DNA of 64,000 bases from Eledone cirrhosa (GCA_964016885.1 OZ024741.1:351354001-351418000), one strand, 5' to 3'; counted from the stretch's first letter, positions 1 to 16,906 are shown. Numbers and translations are program-made. Notes: generated from the letters alone by a model not told the origin.

Positions 1-3
1 CCC

Positions 4-54
4 AGCTTCCTGAAGATTTCATCTGAATGAAACAGTACTAGTCCTGTAGAAGCT
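4..54 (+). ncRNA. Type I hammerhead ribozyme (Penelope pLTR fragment)
   Basis: AGCTTC-CTGAAGA-tTTC atct GAAt-GAAA-CAG tactagtc CTG-TA-GAAGCT. Stem I AGCTTC/GAAGCT covaries with AGATTC/GAATCT in the copies at 1270 and 4538. Confidence 0.8.
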
Positions 55-85
55 CCTTCTATAAAATATATATACATATATATAC

Positions 86-142
<57 letters not shown>

Positions 143-509
143 CATATATACATATATATATATACACATATATATATACACATATACATATACATATATA
201 CACATACATATATATACATATACATATATACATATATACATATACATATATATCTATACATATATATATAGATATATATGTATATACATATATATCTATA
301 TATACATATATATATATATACATATAAATCTATATATACATATATATATATATACATATAAATCTATAATACATATATATATATACATATAAATCTATAT
401 ATACATATATATATACATATAAATCTATATATATATATATACATTTAAATCTATATATACATATATATATATATACATATAAATCTATATGTATATATAT
501 ATATATATA

Positions 510-859
510 AGGCTTGGGCCCCGTGCTATCCGTCCCATTCAAAAATCTAAATCGCAACTCATAACAACAATACGGCACAATTATTTCACCTCAATCGGCC
601 CTGCTCTCTTCAACATCACACCAGGACACGTCAAAACAGAAACTGACCACACAAAATTCAAGAAGTCTTTGGACAAATTCCTCCAAGTAATCCCGGACAA
701 ACCACCCACACCCGGATATGTCTCCGCAAACAGTAATTCTCTTCTCGAATGGGCCATGGTGCCCAAATCCTGAATTGAAAGACTTCGCCAGGTGGTGCTA
801 TTAAGTTAGACATGGCCTGGGCCAATACTGGCCAAAACATTTCAAAGTTATTCAAAGTT
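510..859 (+). mobile_element. 3' fragment of CR1-like LINE (5'-truncated)
   Basis: Encodes the RT C-terminus ...[32 protein letters not shown] and ends in a (TTCAAAGTTA)2 tail. Appears identical to the reverse complement of 26322-26672. Confidence 0.9.
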
Positions 860-1040
860 ATATATACATATATATATATACATATAAATCTATATATACA
901 TATATATATATATACATATAAATCTCTCTCTCTATATATATCTATCTATATATATATCTATCTATCTATATATATACATATATATCTATCTATATATATA
1001 CATATATATCTATCTATATATATACATATATATCTATCTA

Positions 1041-1083
<43 letters not shown>

Positions 1084-1104
1084 ATCTATCTATCTATCTA
1101 TCTA

Positions 1105-1180
<76 letters not shown>

Positions 1181-1269
1181 TATCTACGTTATTCCGGGTT
1201 GAATCGGAGGTAACCACAGTAAGTAAGGTACTCAATACATAGCAGAGTATAAAAGTTTTAATATAGATG

Positions 1270-1320
1270 AGATTCTACAGGACTAGAACTGTTTCATTCT
1301 TTAGAAATCATCAGGAATCT
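1270..1320 (-). ncRNA. Type I hammerhead ribozyme in Penelope 3' region
   Basis: AGATTC-CTGATGA-tTTC taaa GAAt-GAAA-CAG ttctagtc CTG-TA-GAATCT, cleavage triplet GUA. Confidence 0.8.
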
Positions 1321-1842
1321 GGGTATCAAAAAATAAATATGGTATTTATAGGTCTCTACAAGTGGTAGAAGAGGGTGGGGAGTGGGATGGGTGTAGGTCA
1401 TTGGTTGATAGAAAAGGGAATTCATTAAAAGCTAATTCTACAAAGCTATAGTTTATTTTTATTAATTTTTGTTTTTAGAGTAACAAAGGCAGACAGAATT
1501 CTATAAACAGGTTCCGGATGGCATACCATTCCTTGTTATTAAGTTTCTCTTAAGCTAACAGATGTCTATAAGATCAGTGGGGGGTTAGTCATGGTAGATA
1601 GAATTAAAGGAAAGGGAGATTCTTTAAAAGCTAAATTTATTAAGGTTCTACTAAGTGACAAAGGTTTAGAGAATTCTGTAGACAGATTCAAAATACTGAG
1701 TGCATATCTTACAATTATCTTCGAACTTCTCTTAAACTAATCAACTATATGCCAAAAATCAACAGACACATTCACAAAAAAACACACTCACTCACACACT
1801 CGCGCGCAACCATAAACACACATACACATATACACACATAAA

Positions 1843-1873
<31 letters not shown>

Positions 1874-1901
1874 CACACATATATATATACACACACACAT
1901 A

Positions 1902-1941
<40 letters not shown>

Positions 1942-2097
1942 CACATATAAATACACTCACACACATACATACAAACACACAAATATACATATACATATAT
2001 ATACACATAGATATATATATATATATACACATATATATATATATATAATACATATATATACACACACACATATACATATACACACACATACACACAA

Positions 2098-2142
<45 letters not shown>

Positions 2143-2235
2143 AACAAATATATACATATACATACACACACACACACCCATACATACATATATATATACA
2201 CACACACATATACAGATATATAAGGAAAAAGCACC

Positions 2236-2298
<63 letters not shown>

Positions 2299-2330
2299 TA
2301 CACCATTCATACATATAATCATATATATAT

Positions 2331-2401
<71 letters not shown>

Positions 2402-2476
2402 TACACACACATACATACATATATACACAAATACATACACATATATATACACACATACATATATATATATATACAC

Positions 2477-2534
<58 letters not shown>

Positions 2535-2536
2535 GC

Positions 2537-2569
<33 letters not shown>

Positions 2570-2677
2570 CAAATATACATATACACAAATATATATACAC
2601 ATACACACACACAATATATATACACATATATACATACACACACACATACATACACACATACACACATACATACATAT

Positions 2678-2716
<39 letters not shown>

Positions 2717-3185
2717 CACATATATACATATACATACATATACACACACACACATATACACATATATATACACACACACACACACATACACATGCATATA
2801 TATAAATATATATATATATATCTATATATATACATATATACACATACATACACAGACCTATACATATATATATACACATATATACAGACATATATACGCA
2901 TATATACACACATATATACATATATATACACGCATACACACATACACACACACACACACAAATATATATACACACACTCTCTCTCACGCACATATATATA
3001 TATATATATACACATATATATATATATATATATACACATATATACAAACATATATACGCATATATACACACACACATACATATATATACACGCATACACA
3101 CATACACACACACACAAATATATATACACACACTCTCTCTCACGCACATATATATATATATATATACACACCTGCACACACACAC

Positions 3186-3216
<31 letters not shown>

Positions 3217-3226
3217 TACACACATA

Positions 3227-3260
<34 letters not shown>

Positions 3261-3299
3261 TATACATACATACATACACATACACATACATACACATAT

Positions 3300-3348
<49 letters not shown>

Positions 3349-3645
3349 TATACATATATACATATATATACATACATAAATATACACACATAAAACACAT
3401 ATACACACATACACATATATATACATACATACACATACACACATACACACAAATATATACACATACAAATAAATAAGTACTCAATAAATATACGCATATA
3501 CGCAGGCACATAAAAACACCTCTACAGGCAGAAAATGTAGATAGGAAAGAGGTACTCACATAACCATAGTGGCCGTATTTCAGGTTGAGGAGGGGTGGGG
3601 GTAGGGTGGGAAGGAGGTATAGGGGCCAATAGGGGGAGGTCGTTT

Positions 3646-4532
3646 TTAGCCATCGGGCTTTAACACTGGCTTAAAGTGTTTGAAAGTTGCAAAGTTCTTG
3701 TGCATGCAGTTCGGGCAGTGTTCAGAGAGTTTGTTCAGTAGCGGGCCCTTGGCGAATAAAATTTCGTAGCTCTCTGAAATACAAAGGTCGCAGCCCTTTC
3801 TCCTCCGTTGTAAGAGCGCGCTTTCTGGAGTATTTTCCATTTAAGCGTGAAGGTGGTGGAGTTCCTTTTGAGGTCCCAAACGTAGGAGGCGAGTGTTGTC
3901 TGATTTGATTTGTCCGGTCTTCTGAAGGAGTGGGTATGGGCATACCAACGGGTCTTAAAGTTGTTGGAGGTCATGCCGATGTAAGTTTTTTTGCCATCCT
4001 CGGTGCCTGAGATGACATCGCATTTGTATACGATATCATTTGTGAGGCATTTGTTTTCAAGTGGGCATGCTTCCTTATTTAGGCAATTACATGGAGCCCC
4101 AGTCCGGGGATTGGGTTCGGAGGTGGTTGGCTTATTTAATTTTTTAGAATTGTGGTTGGCTATATTCCTAGCTAGGTTAGGTGTGGTGGAGTAAGACAGT
4201 CTTATTGTGTTCTTATTAAAGATGGTGTGGTACCTATGTTGTATGGGGAAGTGTAATTTCAGTAAAGTGAAGAAAATCCTAGCTATCGGAGTAGATACCT
4301 CTCTATTGAAGGGAGGGTTGTACCAGCTAATCTGCCTATGTCTATTCCTCCTCTGCAATCTTGCGGTAGTTTCTAGGTAAGTTATCTTATCTTTAAATCC
4401 GCTACGGTCGAGGGCGTCATTGTAGTAGGAGGCAGATGCATTAAAAATATCTTTGTTGGCAGAGAGGCCAGATATTCTAATAGAGACGCTTTTTACTAGG
4501 TTATCAGTGATGTTTTGGGGGTGGTTTGAATA
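3646..4532 (-). pseudogene. Penelope RT thumb + GIY-YIG endonuclease (partial; frameshift near 3797)
   Basis: The reading frame continues upstream of the ORF call (YSNHPQNI...RISGLSAN...YYNDALDRSGF), then WYNPPF, CNCLNKEACPLENKCL, IVY...TYIGMT, and after the frameshift CDLCISE...LNKLSE. Confidence 0.9.
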
Positions 4533-4537
4533 TACCC

Positions 4538-4588
4538 AGATTCCTGATGATTTCTAAAGAATGAAACAGTTCTAGTCCTGTAGAATCT
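4538..4588 (+). ncRNA. Type I hammerhead ribozyme (inverted pLTR copy)
   Basis: Reverse complement of 1270-1320. Confidence 0.8.
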
Positions 4589-4641
4589 CATCTATATTAA
4601 AACTATACATATATATCTCTATATATATCTATATATCTATC

Positions 4642-4672
<31 letters not shown>

Positions 4673-5506
4673 TATATATATATACATATAAATCTCTCTA
4701 TATATATATACAGTACGTTATTCCGGGTTGAATCGGAGGTAACCACATATATGTATATATATATACATATATACATATATATCTATATATATATCTCTCT
4801 ATATATATATATATACATATATAACTATATCTTATATATATACATATATATCTATATATATATCTATATATATTAGAAAGTGAGGTTTTTTTTACAAAAT
4901 GAAAAATAACCGAGGTGTTCTACACGAGTGAAAGTATAAAGAAAAAGAGATGAAATCGAAAATGCAACTGGAGTCTTATTTTTAAAAAAATATATATATT
5001 TATTTGGTTCCTTTACCGGTTTCGATATATACATATATATCTATATATATATATATATACATATATATCTCTCTCTCTATATATATATATACATATATAT
5101 CTATCTATATATATATATATACATATATATCTATATATATATATATACATATATATCTATATATATATATATACATATATATCTATATATATATATACAT
5201 ATATATATATACATATATATCTATATATATATATATATACATATATATCTATATATATATATATATACATATATATCTATATATATATATATACATATAT
5301 ATCTATATATATATATATATATATACATATATATCTATATATATATATATACATATATATCTATATATATATATATATACATATATATCTATATATATAT
5401 ATATACATATATATCTATATATATATATATACATATATATCTATATATATATATATATATATACATATATATCTAAATATATATATATATACATATATAT
5501 CTATAT

Positions 5507-5541
<35 letters not shown>

Positions 5542-5744
5542 CATATATATCTATATATATATATACATATATACATATCTATATATATATATACATATAT
5601 ATCTATATATATATACATATATATCTATATATATACATATCTATATATATATATACATATATACATATCTATATATATATATACATATATATCTATATAT
5701 ATATATATATACATATATATCTATATATACATATATATCTATAT

Positions 5745-5779
<35 letters not shown>

Positions 5780-5834
5780 CATATATATCTATATATACAT
5801 ACATATATATCTATATATACATATATATCTATAT

Positions 5835-5869
<35 letters not shown>

Positions 5870-6077
5870 CATATATATCTATATATACATACATATATAT
5901 CTATATATACATACATATATATCTATATATACATATATATATATCTATATATACATATATATATATCTATATATACATATATATATATACAGATATATCT
6001 ATATATACATATATATCTATATACATATATATCTATATATATATATACATATATATCTATATATATATATATACATA

Positions 6078-6130
6078 CTCTTTTACCTGTTTCAGCCATC
6101 CGGCTGAGGCCATGCTGGGGCACCGCCCTT

Positions 6131-6133
<3 letters not shown>
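6078..6133. mobile_element. Short SINE-like fragment
   Basis: ACTCTTTTACCTGTTTCAGCC...GGCCATGCTGGGGCACCGCC resembles, from memory, an abundant octopus SINE end. Confidence 0.45.
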
Positions 6134-6168
<35 letters not shown>

Positions 6169-6616
6169 TATCTATATATATATATATATACATATATATC
6201 TATATATACATATATCTATATATAAATATATATCTATATATCTATATATACATATATACATATATATCTATATATACATATATATATACATATCTATATA
6301 TACATATATATATACATATCTATATATACATATATATATACATATCTATATATACATATATATATACATATATACATATATATACATATATATATACATA
6401 TATATATATATACATATATATACATATATATATACATATATATATATATATACATATATATACATACATATATATATATATATATACATATATATACATA
6501 CATATATATATATATATACATATATATACATACATATATATATATATATACATATATATACATATATACATATATATCTATATATATATACATATATACA
6601 TATATACATATATATC

Positions 6617-6648
<32 letters not shown>

Positions 6649-6758
6649 CATATATATGTATATATACATATATATGTATATATACATATATATCTATATA
6701 TATATATATACATATATATGTATATATACATATATATCTATATATATACATATATATC

Positions 6759-6790
<32 letters not shown>

Positions 6791-6800
6791 CATATATATC

Positions 6801-6834
<34 letters not shown>

Positions 6835-6844
6835 CATATATATC

Positions 6845-6894
<50 letters not shown>

Positions 6895-6904
6895 CATATA
6901 TATC

Positions 6905-6940
<36 letters not shown>

Positions 6941-6950
6941 CATATATATC

Positions 6951-6986
<36 letters not shown>

Positions 6987-7140
6987 CATATATATCTATA
7001 TATATATATACATATATATATATATACATATATATATATACATATATACATATATATATACATATATATATACATATATACATATATATATACATATATA
7101 TATACATATATACATATATATATATATAAACATATATATC

Positions 7141-7172
<32 letters not shown>

Positions 7173-7274
7173 AACATATATATCTATATATATATATATA
7201 TACATATTTATATATATAAACATATATATCTCTATATATATATATACATATATATATATATAAACATATATATC

Positions 7275-7305
<31 letters not shown>

Positions 7306-7461
7306 ATATATATAAACATATATATCTATATATATATATATACATATATATATATGCATATATACATATATATATACATATATATATATACATATATATA
7401 TATCTCTCTCTCTCTCTATATATATATATATACATATATACATATATATCTATATATATAC

Positions 7462-7492
<31 letters not shown>

Positions 7493-7679
7493 CATATATA
7501 TCTATATATATATACATATATATATATATATACATAAATATATATACATATATATACATAAATATATATACATATATATACATATATATATATACATATA
7601 TATATATACATATATATACATATATATACATATATATACATATATATATATACATATATATATATATACATATATATAC

Positions 7680-7830
<151 letters not shown>

Positions 7831-7843
7831 CATATATATATAC

Positions 7844-7900
<57 letters not shown>

Positions 7901-7990
7901 CATATATGTATATATATATGTATATATATATATGTATATATATATATGTATATATATGTATATATGTATATGTATATATATGTATATATG

Positions 7991-8025
<35 letters not shown>

Positions 8026-8046
8026 ATGTATATATATGTATATATG

Positions 8047-8137
<91 letters not shown>

Positions 8138-8138
8138 G

Positions 8139-8185
<47 letters not shown>

Positions 8186-8538
8186 GTATATATATATGTG
8201 TATATATATGTATATATATATGTATATATATATGTATATATGTATATATATATATATGTATATATATATATGTATATATGTATATATATAGATATATATA
8301 TATATATGTATATATGTATATATATAGATATATATGTATATATATAGATATATATGTATATAGATATATATGTATATATATATATATATAGATATATATG
8401 TATATATATAGATATATATGTATATAGATATATATGTATATATATAGATATATATGTATATAGATATATATGTATATATATATATATATATAGATATATA
8501 TGTATATATATAGATATATATGTATATAGATATATATG

Positions 8539-8573
<35 letters not shown>

Positions 8574-8616
8574 GTATATATATGTATATATATATATATA
8601 AGTATATATATATGTG

Positions 8617-8649
<33 letters not shown>

Positions 8650-8680
8650 GTATATATATATATATGTATATATATATATG

Positions 8681-8825
<145 letters not shown>

Positions 8826-8856
8826 GTATATATAGATATATATATAGACATATAGG

Positions 8857-8887
<31 letters not shown>

Positions 8888-9478
8888 GTTGAAAAAAATG
8901 AAAACGAAATTTCATTTCTCACTCTTAGTATGGCACTTACTTAAATGTAAGTATGTATGTATACGTACATACATATATGTATACAGACGTACAGTAGCAT
9001 GCATATATATATATATATATATATACATATATACACATATGCATACAGGTACACATACATATATGCACGCATCAGTTTAGCCGACGTTTATTATAACGCC
9101 TGCTTTGTTCGTTTGTTTGTCAACAAATCGAACAGCCTGAATTTATGCCATACGGTGTTAAGGCAACCACGTCACCTTTTTGTTCAACACTGACACAGGA
9201 ACGATGTACTAGTTTCAAGCTTGTTAGCTATCATCAGCACCGTTTACCCATCTGCCAGATAGTTGAACGTTCGAAAGTATATACTTTCCTTATGAAAATT
9301 AACGGCTGAGCAGCCTAATTTGCATATTGAGTGAGTTAAATCGGTCAGGCATACCGAAAACGATAAGTTGAAAAAAATGAAAACGAAATTTCATTTCTCA
9401 CTCTTAGTATGGCACTTACTTAAATGTAAGTATGTATGTATACGTACATACATATATGTATACAGACGTACAGTAGCA

Positions 9479-9516
<38 letters not shown>

Positions 9517-10815
9517 TACACATATGCATACAGGTACACATACATATATGCACGCATCAGTTTAGCCGACGTTTATTATAACGCCTGCTTTGTTCGTTTG
9601 TTTGTCAACAAATCGAACAGCCTGAATTTATGCCATACGGTGTTAAGGCAACCACGTCACCTTTTTGTTCAACACTGACACAGGAACGATGTACTAGTTT
9701 CAAGCTTGTTAGCTATCATCAGCACCGTTTACCCATCTGCCAGATAGTTGAACGTTCGAAAGTATATACTTTCCTTATGAAAATTAACGGCTGAGCAGCC
9801 TAATTTGCATATTGAGTGAGTTAAATCGGTCAGGCATACCGAAAACGATAAGTTGAAAAAAATGAAAACGAAATTTCATTTCTCACTCTTAGTATGGCAC
9901 TTACTTAAATGTAAGTATGTATGTATACGTACATACATATATGTATACAGACGTACAGTAGCATGCATATATATATATATATATATATACATATATACAC
10001 ATATGCATACAGGTACACATACATATATGCACGCATCAGTTTAGCCGACGTTTATTATAACGCCTGCTTTGTTCGTAAGGAAAGTATATACTTTCGAACG
10101 TTCAACGATCTGGCAGATGGGTAAACGGTGCTGATGATAGCTAACAAGCTTGAAACTAGTACATCGTTCCTGTGTCAGTGTTGAACAAAAAGGTGACGTG
10201 GTTGCCTTAACACCGTATGGCATAAATTCAGGCTGTTCGATTTGTTGACAAACAAACGAACAAAGCAGGCGTTATAATAAACGTCGGCTAAACTGATGCG
10301 TGCATATATGTATGTGTACCTGTATGCATATGTGTATATATGTATATATATATATATATATATATGCATGCTACTGTACGTCTGTATACATATATGTATG
10401 TACGTATACATACATACTTACATTTAAGTAAGTGCCATACTAAGAGTGAGAAATGAAATTTCGTTTTCATTTTTTTCAACTTATCGTTTTCGGTATGCCT
10501 GACCGATTTAACTCACTCAATATGCAAATTAGGCTGCTCAGCCGTTAATTTTCATAAGGAAAGTATATACTTTCGAACGTTCAACTATCTGGCAGATGGG
10601 TAAACGGTGCTGATGATAGCTAACAAGCTTGAAACTAGTACATCGTTCCTGTGTCAGTGTTGAACAAAAAGGTGACGTGGTTGCCTTAACACCGTATGGC
10701 ATAAATTCAGGCTGTTCGATTTGTTGACAAACAAACGAACAAAGCAGGCGTTATAATAAACGTCGGCTAAACTGATGCGTGCATATATGTATGTGTACCT
10801 GTATGCATATGTGTA

Positions 10816-10846
<31 letters not shown>

Positions 10847-11296
10847 GCATGCTACTGTACGTCTGTATACATATATGTATGTACGTATACATACATACTT
10901 ACATTTAAGTAAGTGCCATACTAAGAGTGAGAAATGAAATTTCGTTTTCATTTTTTTCAACTTATCGTTTTCGGTATGCATGACCGATTTAACTCACTCA
11001 ATATGCAAATTAGGCTGCTCAGCCGTTAATTTTCATAAGGAAAGTATATACTTTCGAACGTTCAACTATCTGGCAGATGGGTAAACGGTGCTGATGATAG
11101 CTAACAAGCTTGAAACTAGTACATCGTTCCTGTGTCAGTGTTGAACAAAAAGGTGACGTGGTTGCCTTAACACCGTATGGCATAAATTCAGGCTGTTCGA
11201 TTTGTTGACAAACAAACGAACAAAGCAGGCGTTATAATAAACGTCGGCTAAACTGATGCGTGCATATATGTATGTGTACCTGTATGCATATGTGTA

Positions 11297-11327
<31 letters not shown>

Positions 11328-11443
11328 GCATGCTACTGTACGTCTGTATACATATATGTATGTACGTATACATACATACTTACATTTAAGTAAGTGCCAT
11401 ACTAAGAGTGAGAAATGAAATTTCGTTTTCATTTTTTTCAACA
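8888..11443. repeat. ~480-bp HHR-bearing tandem repeat (retrozyme-like): about 2.5 units inverted (8888-10075) plus about 2.8 units direct (10076-11443)
   Basis: Unit starts at 8888, 9367 and 9852; strand switch at 10075/10076; units nearly identical except for TA-tract length. Confidence 0.9.
10124..10168 (+). ncRNA. Minimal type I hammerhead ribozyme (also 10603-10647 and 11084-11128 on +; 9200-9244 and 9685-9729 on -)
   Basis: AACGGTG-CTGATGA-tAGCT aaca AGCTt-GAAA-CTAG-TA-CATCGTT, with palindromic stem III ACTAGT. Confidence 0.85.
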
Positions 11444-11475
<32 letters not shown>

Positions 11476-11506
11476 CCTATATGTCTATATATATATCTAT
11501 ATATAC

Positions 11507-11661
<155 letters not shown>

Positions 11662-11706
11662 CATATATATATATACATATATATATATACATATATATAT
11701 ATATAC

Positions 11707-11751
<45 letters not shown>

Positions 11752-11770
11752 TATATACTTATATATATAC

Positions 11771-11803
<33 letters not shown>

Positions 11804-12161
11804 CACATATATATATACATATATATATATATATACATATATATCTATATACATATATATCTATATATATACATATATATCTATATATATATATATATAT
11901 ACATATATATCTATATACATATATATCTATATATATATATATATATACATATATATCTATATACATATATATCTATATATATACATATATATCTATATAT
12001 ATATATATACATATATATCTATATACATATATATCTATATATATACATATATATCTATATATATACATATATACATATATATATATATCTATATATATAC
12101 ATATATACATATATATATATACATATATATATACATATATATACACATATATATATACAGA

Positions 12162-12193
<32 letters not shown>

Positions 12194-12194
12194 C

Positions 12195-12283
<89 letters not shown>

Positions 12284-13519
12284 CATATATACATATATAT
12301 ACATATACATATATACATATATATATATACATATATACATATATATACATATACATATATACATATATATACATATATATATATACATATATATATATAT
12401 ACATATATATATATACATATATATATATACATATATATATACATATATATATACATATATATATACATATATATATATACATATATATATACATATATAT
12501 ATATACATATATATATACATATATATATATACATATATATATACATATATATATATACATATATATATACATATATATACATATATACATATATAAATAC
12601 ATATATATCTCTCTATATATATATATACATATATATCTCTATATATATATATACATATATATCTCTCTATATATATATACATATATATCTCTCTATATAT
12701 ATATACATATATATCTCTCTATATATATATACATATATATCTCTCTATATATATATACATATATATCTCTCTATATATATATACATATATATCTCTATAT
12801 ATATATATACATATATATCTCTCTATATATATATACATATATATCTCTATATATATATATACATATATATCTCTCTATATATATATACATATATATCTAT
12901 ATATATATATATACATATATATCTATATATATATATATATACATATATATCTACATATATATATATATATACATATATATCTACATATATATATATACAT
13001 ATATATCTATATATATATATACATATATATCTATCTATATATATATATAAATATATCTATATATATAAATATATCTATCTATATATATATATAAATATAT
13101 CTATCTATATATATATATAAATATATCTATCTATATATATATAAATATATCTATCTATATATATATAAATATATCTATCTATATATATATAAATCTATCT
13201 ATCTATATATAAATATATCTATCTATATATATATAAATATATCTATCTATATCTATATATATATATATATATAAATATATCTATCTATACATATATAAAT
13301 ATATCTATATATATATAAATATATCTATATATATATAAATATATCTATATATATATATATATACATATATATCTATATATATATATATATATAAATATAT
13401 CTATATATATATATATATACATATATATCTATATATATATATATATATAAATATATATCTATACATATATATCTATATATATATATATATACATATATCT
13501 ATACATATATATCTCTCTC

Positions 13520-13565
<46 letters not shown>

Positions 13566-13664
13566 TATCTATATATATACATATATATCTATATATATAC
13601 ATATATATCTATATATATACATATATATCTATATCTATATATATATATCTATATATATATATAC

Positions 13665-13697
<33 letters not shown>

Positions 13698-13816
13698 CAT
13701 ATATATATACATATATATATATACATATACATATACATATATACATATATATATACATATATATATACATATATACATATATATACATATATATACATAT
13801 ATATATATATACATAC

Positions 13817-13847
<31 letters not shown>

Positions 13848-14114
13848 CATATATATATTCATATATATATATATATATATATTCATATATATATATATAT
13901 ATATATTCATATATATATATATATATATATTCATATATATATATATATATACATACATATATATATATATATACATACATATATATACATATATATATAC
14001 ATATATATATTCATATATATATACACATATATATACATATATATACATATATACATATATATATACACATATATACATATATATATATATACATATATAT
14101 ATACATATATATAC

Positions 14115-14164
<50 letters not shown>

Positions 14165-14167
<3 letters not shown>

Positions 14168-15715
14168 TATATACATAGATAATTTAATATATCTACTAAC
14201 ATAAGCGCACAGATGTACGCTAATGCCAGCAAATACACAGGTTATGTCATAGTACCTAGGTGGTTCAATGCAGGAGGATGCAGAACAATAATATATAAGA
14301 CGTAAAATAAGAAAATTTCTTAAAAAAAATTTTTTTCAGAAAAATTAACTTACTTAAATTTTCACTCTAACTAATTAGTTTCTGCAATGGGATAAAGACA
14401 GTTACGTAATGAACTGTTGAGAATTTCATTGCGTCATCAGGGAGGTCATTCTCAGCCGAGTCTCCAGGCGATGCGCGACACTGGGGACTCATATAAAAAT
14501 AATAATAATTCGGCAACTGGAACAGCTATCGAGGATTGGATTCCAGCCACTGAAAATTCTCACTGCCACTGATCATATGGCCGATTCTAAAGAATCAATC
14601 ACGTGACACAGAGGCTAGGGAATGGGATGGTAAGATGACAGACACCTACTAACACCCCACGCTGGCATTAGCGTACATCTGTGCGCTTATGTTAGTAGAT
14701 ATATTAAATTATCTATATTTAACTCCAAATCACTGATTTGTCGAGTAAACCTGCCAAAACCACTTCTAAAAATTTTTTTTTGGGGGTGTTAGTAGGCGTC
14801 TGTCATCTTACCATCCCATTCCTACTGACTAGCCTCTGTGGCACGTGATTGATTCTTTAGAATCGGCCATATGATCAGATCAGTGGCAGTGAGAATTTTC
14901 AGTGGCTGGAATCCAGTCCTCAATAGCTGTTCCAGTTGCCGAATTATTATTATTTTTATATGAGTCCCCAGTGTCCGCGCATCGCCTGGAGACTCGGCTG
15001 AGAATGACCTCCCTGATGACGCAATGAAATTCTCATCAGTTCATTACGTAACTGTCTTTATCCCATTGCAGAAACTAAGTTGGAGTGAAAATTTAAGTAA
15101 GTAAGTTAATTTTTCAGAAAAAAATTTTTTTTAAAGAAATTTTCTTATTTTACGTCTTATATATTATTGTTCTGCATCCTCCTGCATTGAACCACCTAGG
15201 TACTATGACATAACCTGTGTATTTGCTGGCATTAGCGTACATCTGTGCGCTTATGTTAGTAGATATATTAAATTATCTATATTTAACTCCAAATCACTGA
15301 TTTGTCGAGCAAACCTGCCAAAACCACTTCTAAACATTTTTTTTGGGGGTGTTAGTAGGCGTCTGTCATCTTACCATCCCATTCCTACTGACTAGCCTCT
15401 GTGTCACGTGATTGATTCTTTAGAATCGGCCATATGATCAGTGGCAGTGAGAATTTTCAGTGGCTGGAATCCAGTCCTCGAAAGCTGTTCCAGTTGCCGA
15501 ATTATTATTATTTTTATATGAGTCCCCAGTGTCCGCGCATCGCCTGGAGACTCGGCTGAGAATGACCTCCCTGATGACGCAATGAAATTCTCAACAGTTC
15601 ATTACGTAACTGTCTTTATCCCATTGCAGAAACTAACTAGTTGGAGTGAAAATTTAAGTAAGTTAATTTTTCTGAAAAAAATTTTTTAAAGAAATTTTCT
15701 TATTTTACGTCTTAT
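14165..15715. repeat. ~564-bp HHR-bearing tandem repeat: inverted arm 14165-14659 plus about 1.9 direct units 14661-15715
   Basis: GCTGGCATTAGCG recurs at 14661 and 15225; the first block is their reverse complement. Confidence 0.9.
15009..15085 (+). ncRNA. Type I hammerhead with enlarged stem II (also 15567-15646 on +, 14365-14444 on -)
   Basis: CTCC-CTGATGA-cGCAATG[~37 nt insert]CATTGCa-GAAA-C..G-TT-GGAG. Stem III is the palindrome AACTAATTAGTT in the inverted copy. Confidence 0.7.
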
Positions 15716-16010
15716 ATATATATATATATACATTTATATATATACATATACATTTATATATATACATATACATTTATATATATACATACATTTATATATA
15801 TACATACATTTATATATATACATATACATTTATATATATACATATACATTTATATATATACATATACATTTATATATATACATACATTTATATATATACA
15901 TATACATTTATATATATATACATTTATATATATATATATATATATATACATATATATAATATACATATACATATATATATATACATATATACATATACAT
16001 ATATATATAC

Positions 16011-16109
<99 letters not shown>

Positions 16110-16436
16110 CATATATATATATACATATATATATATACATACATATATATATATACATATATACATATATATATACATACATATATATATATACATATAT
16201 ACATATATATATATACATATATATATATACATATATACATATATATATATACATATATATATATACATTTATATATATATACATATATATATATATACAT
16301 ATATATATACATATATATATATATACATATATATATATACATATATATATACACATATATATATATACACATATATATATACATATATATATATACATAT
16401 ATATATACATATATATATACATACATACATATATAT

Positions 16437-16547
<111 letters not shown>

Positions 16548-16575
16548 TATATATTACACATATATATATATACAC

Positions 16576-16642
<67 letters not shown>

Positions 16643-16711
16643 CATACTATATATATAATATATACATACATATATATATATATACATACATATATATATA
16701 TATATACATAC

Positions 16712-16742
<31 letters not shown>

Positions 16743-16811
16743 CACATATATATATATACACATATATATATATACATATATATATATATACACACATATA
16801 TATATATACAC

Positions 16812-16846
<35 letters not shown>

Positions 16847-16863
16847 CACATATATATATATAC

Positions 16864-16906
<43 letters not shown>

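Larger units (their letters stand above)
1186..4605 (-). mobile_element. 5'-truncated Penelope-like element, Naiad-type, with 3' HHR and inverted partial pLTR at the 5' junction
   Basis: ORF remnant at 3646-4532, HHR at 1270-1320, and an inverted copy of 1253-1325 at 4533-4605 fused directly to the truncated ORF. Confidence 0.8.

Noticed and set aside
8868-10981. Repeated 60-85 aa ORFs in the 480-bp unit (likewise 24542-25418 in the 317-bp unit)
   Set aside because: Non-ATG starts, frames broken by TA-length changes, no recognisable motifs; by-products of the tandem repeats.
15460-15500. HDV-like look-alike (GGCTGGAA..CAG TCCTCG..CTG TTCCAG)
   Set aside because: No room for P2, no GG for P1.1, and the loop is not conserved among copies.
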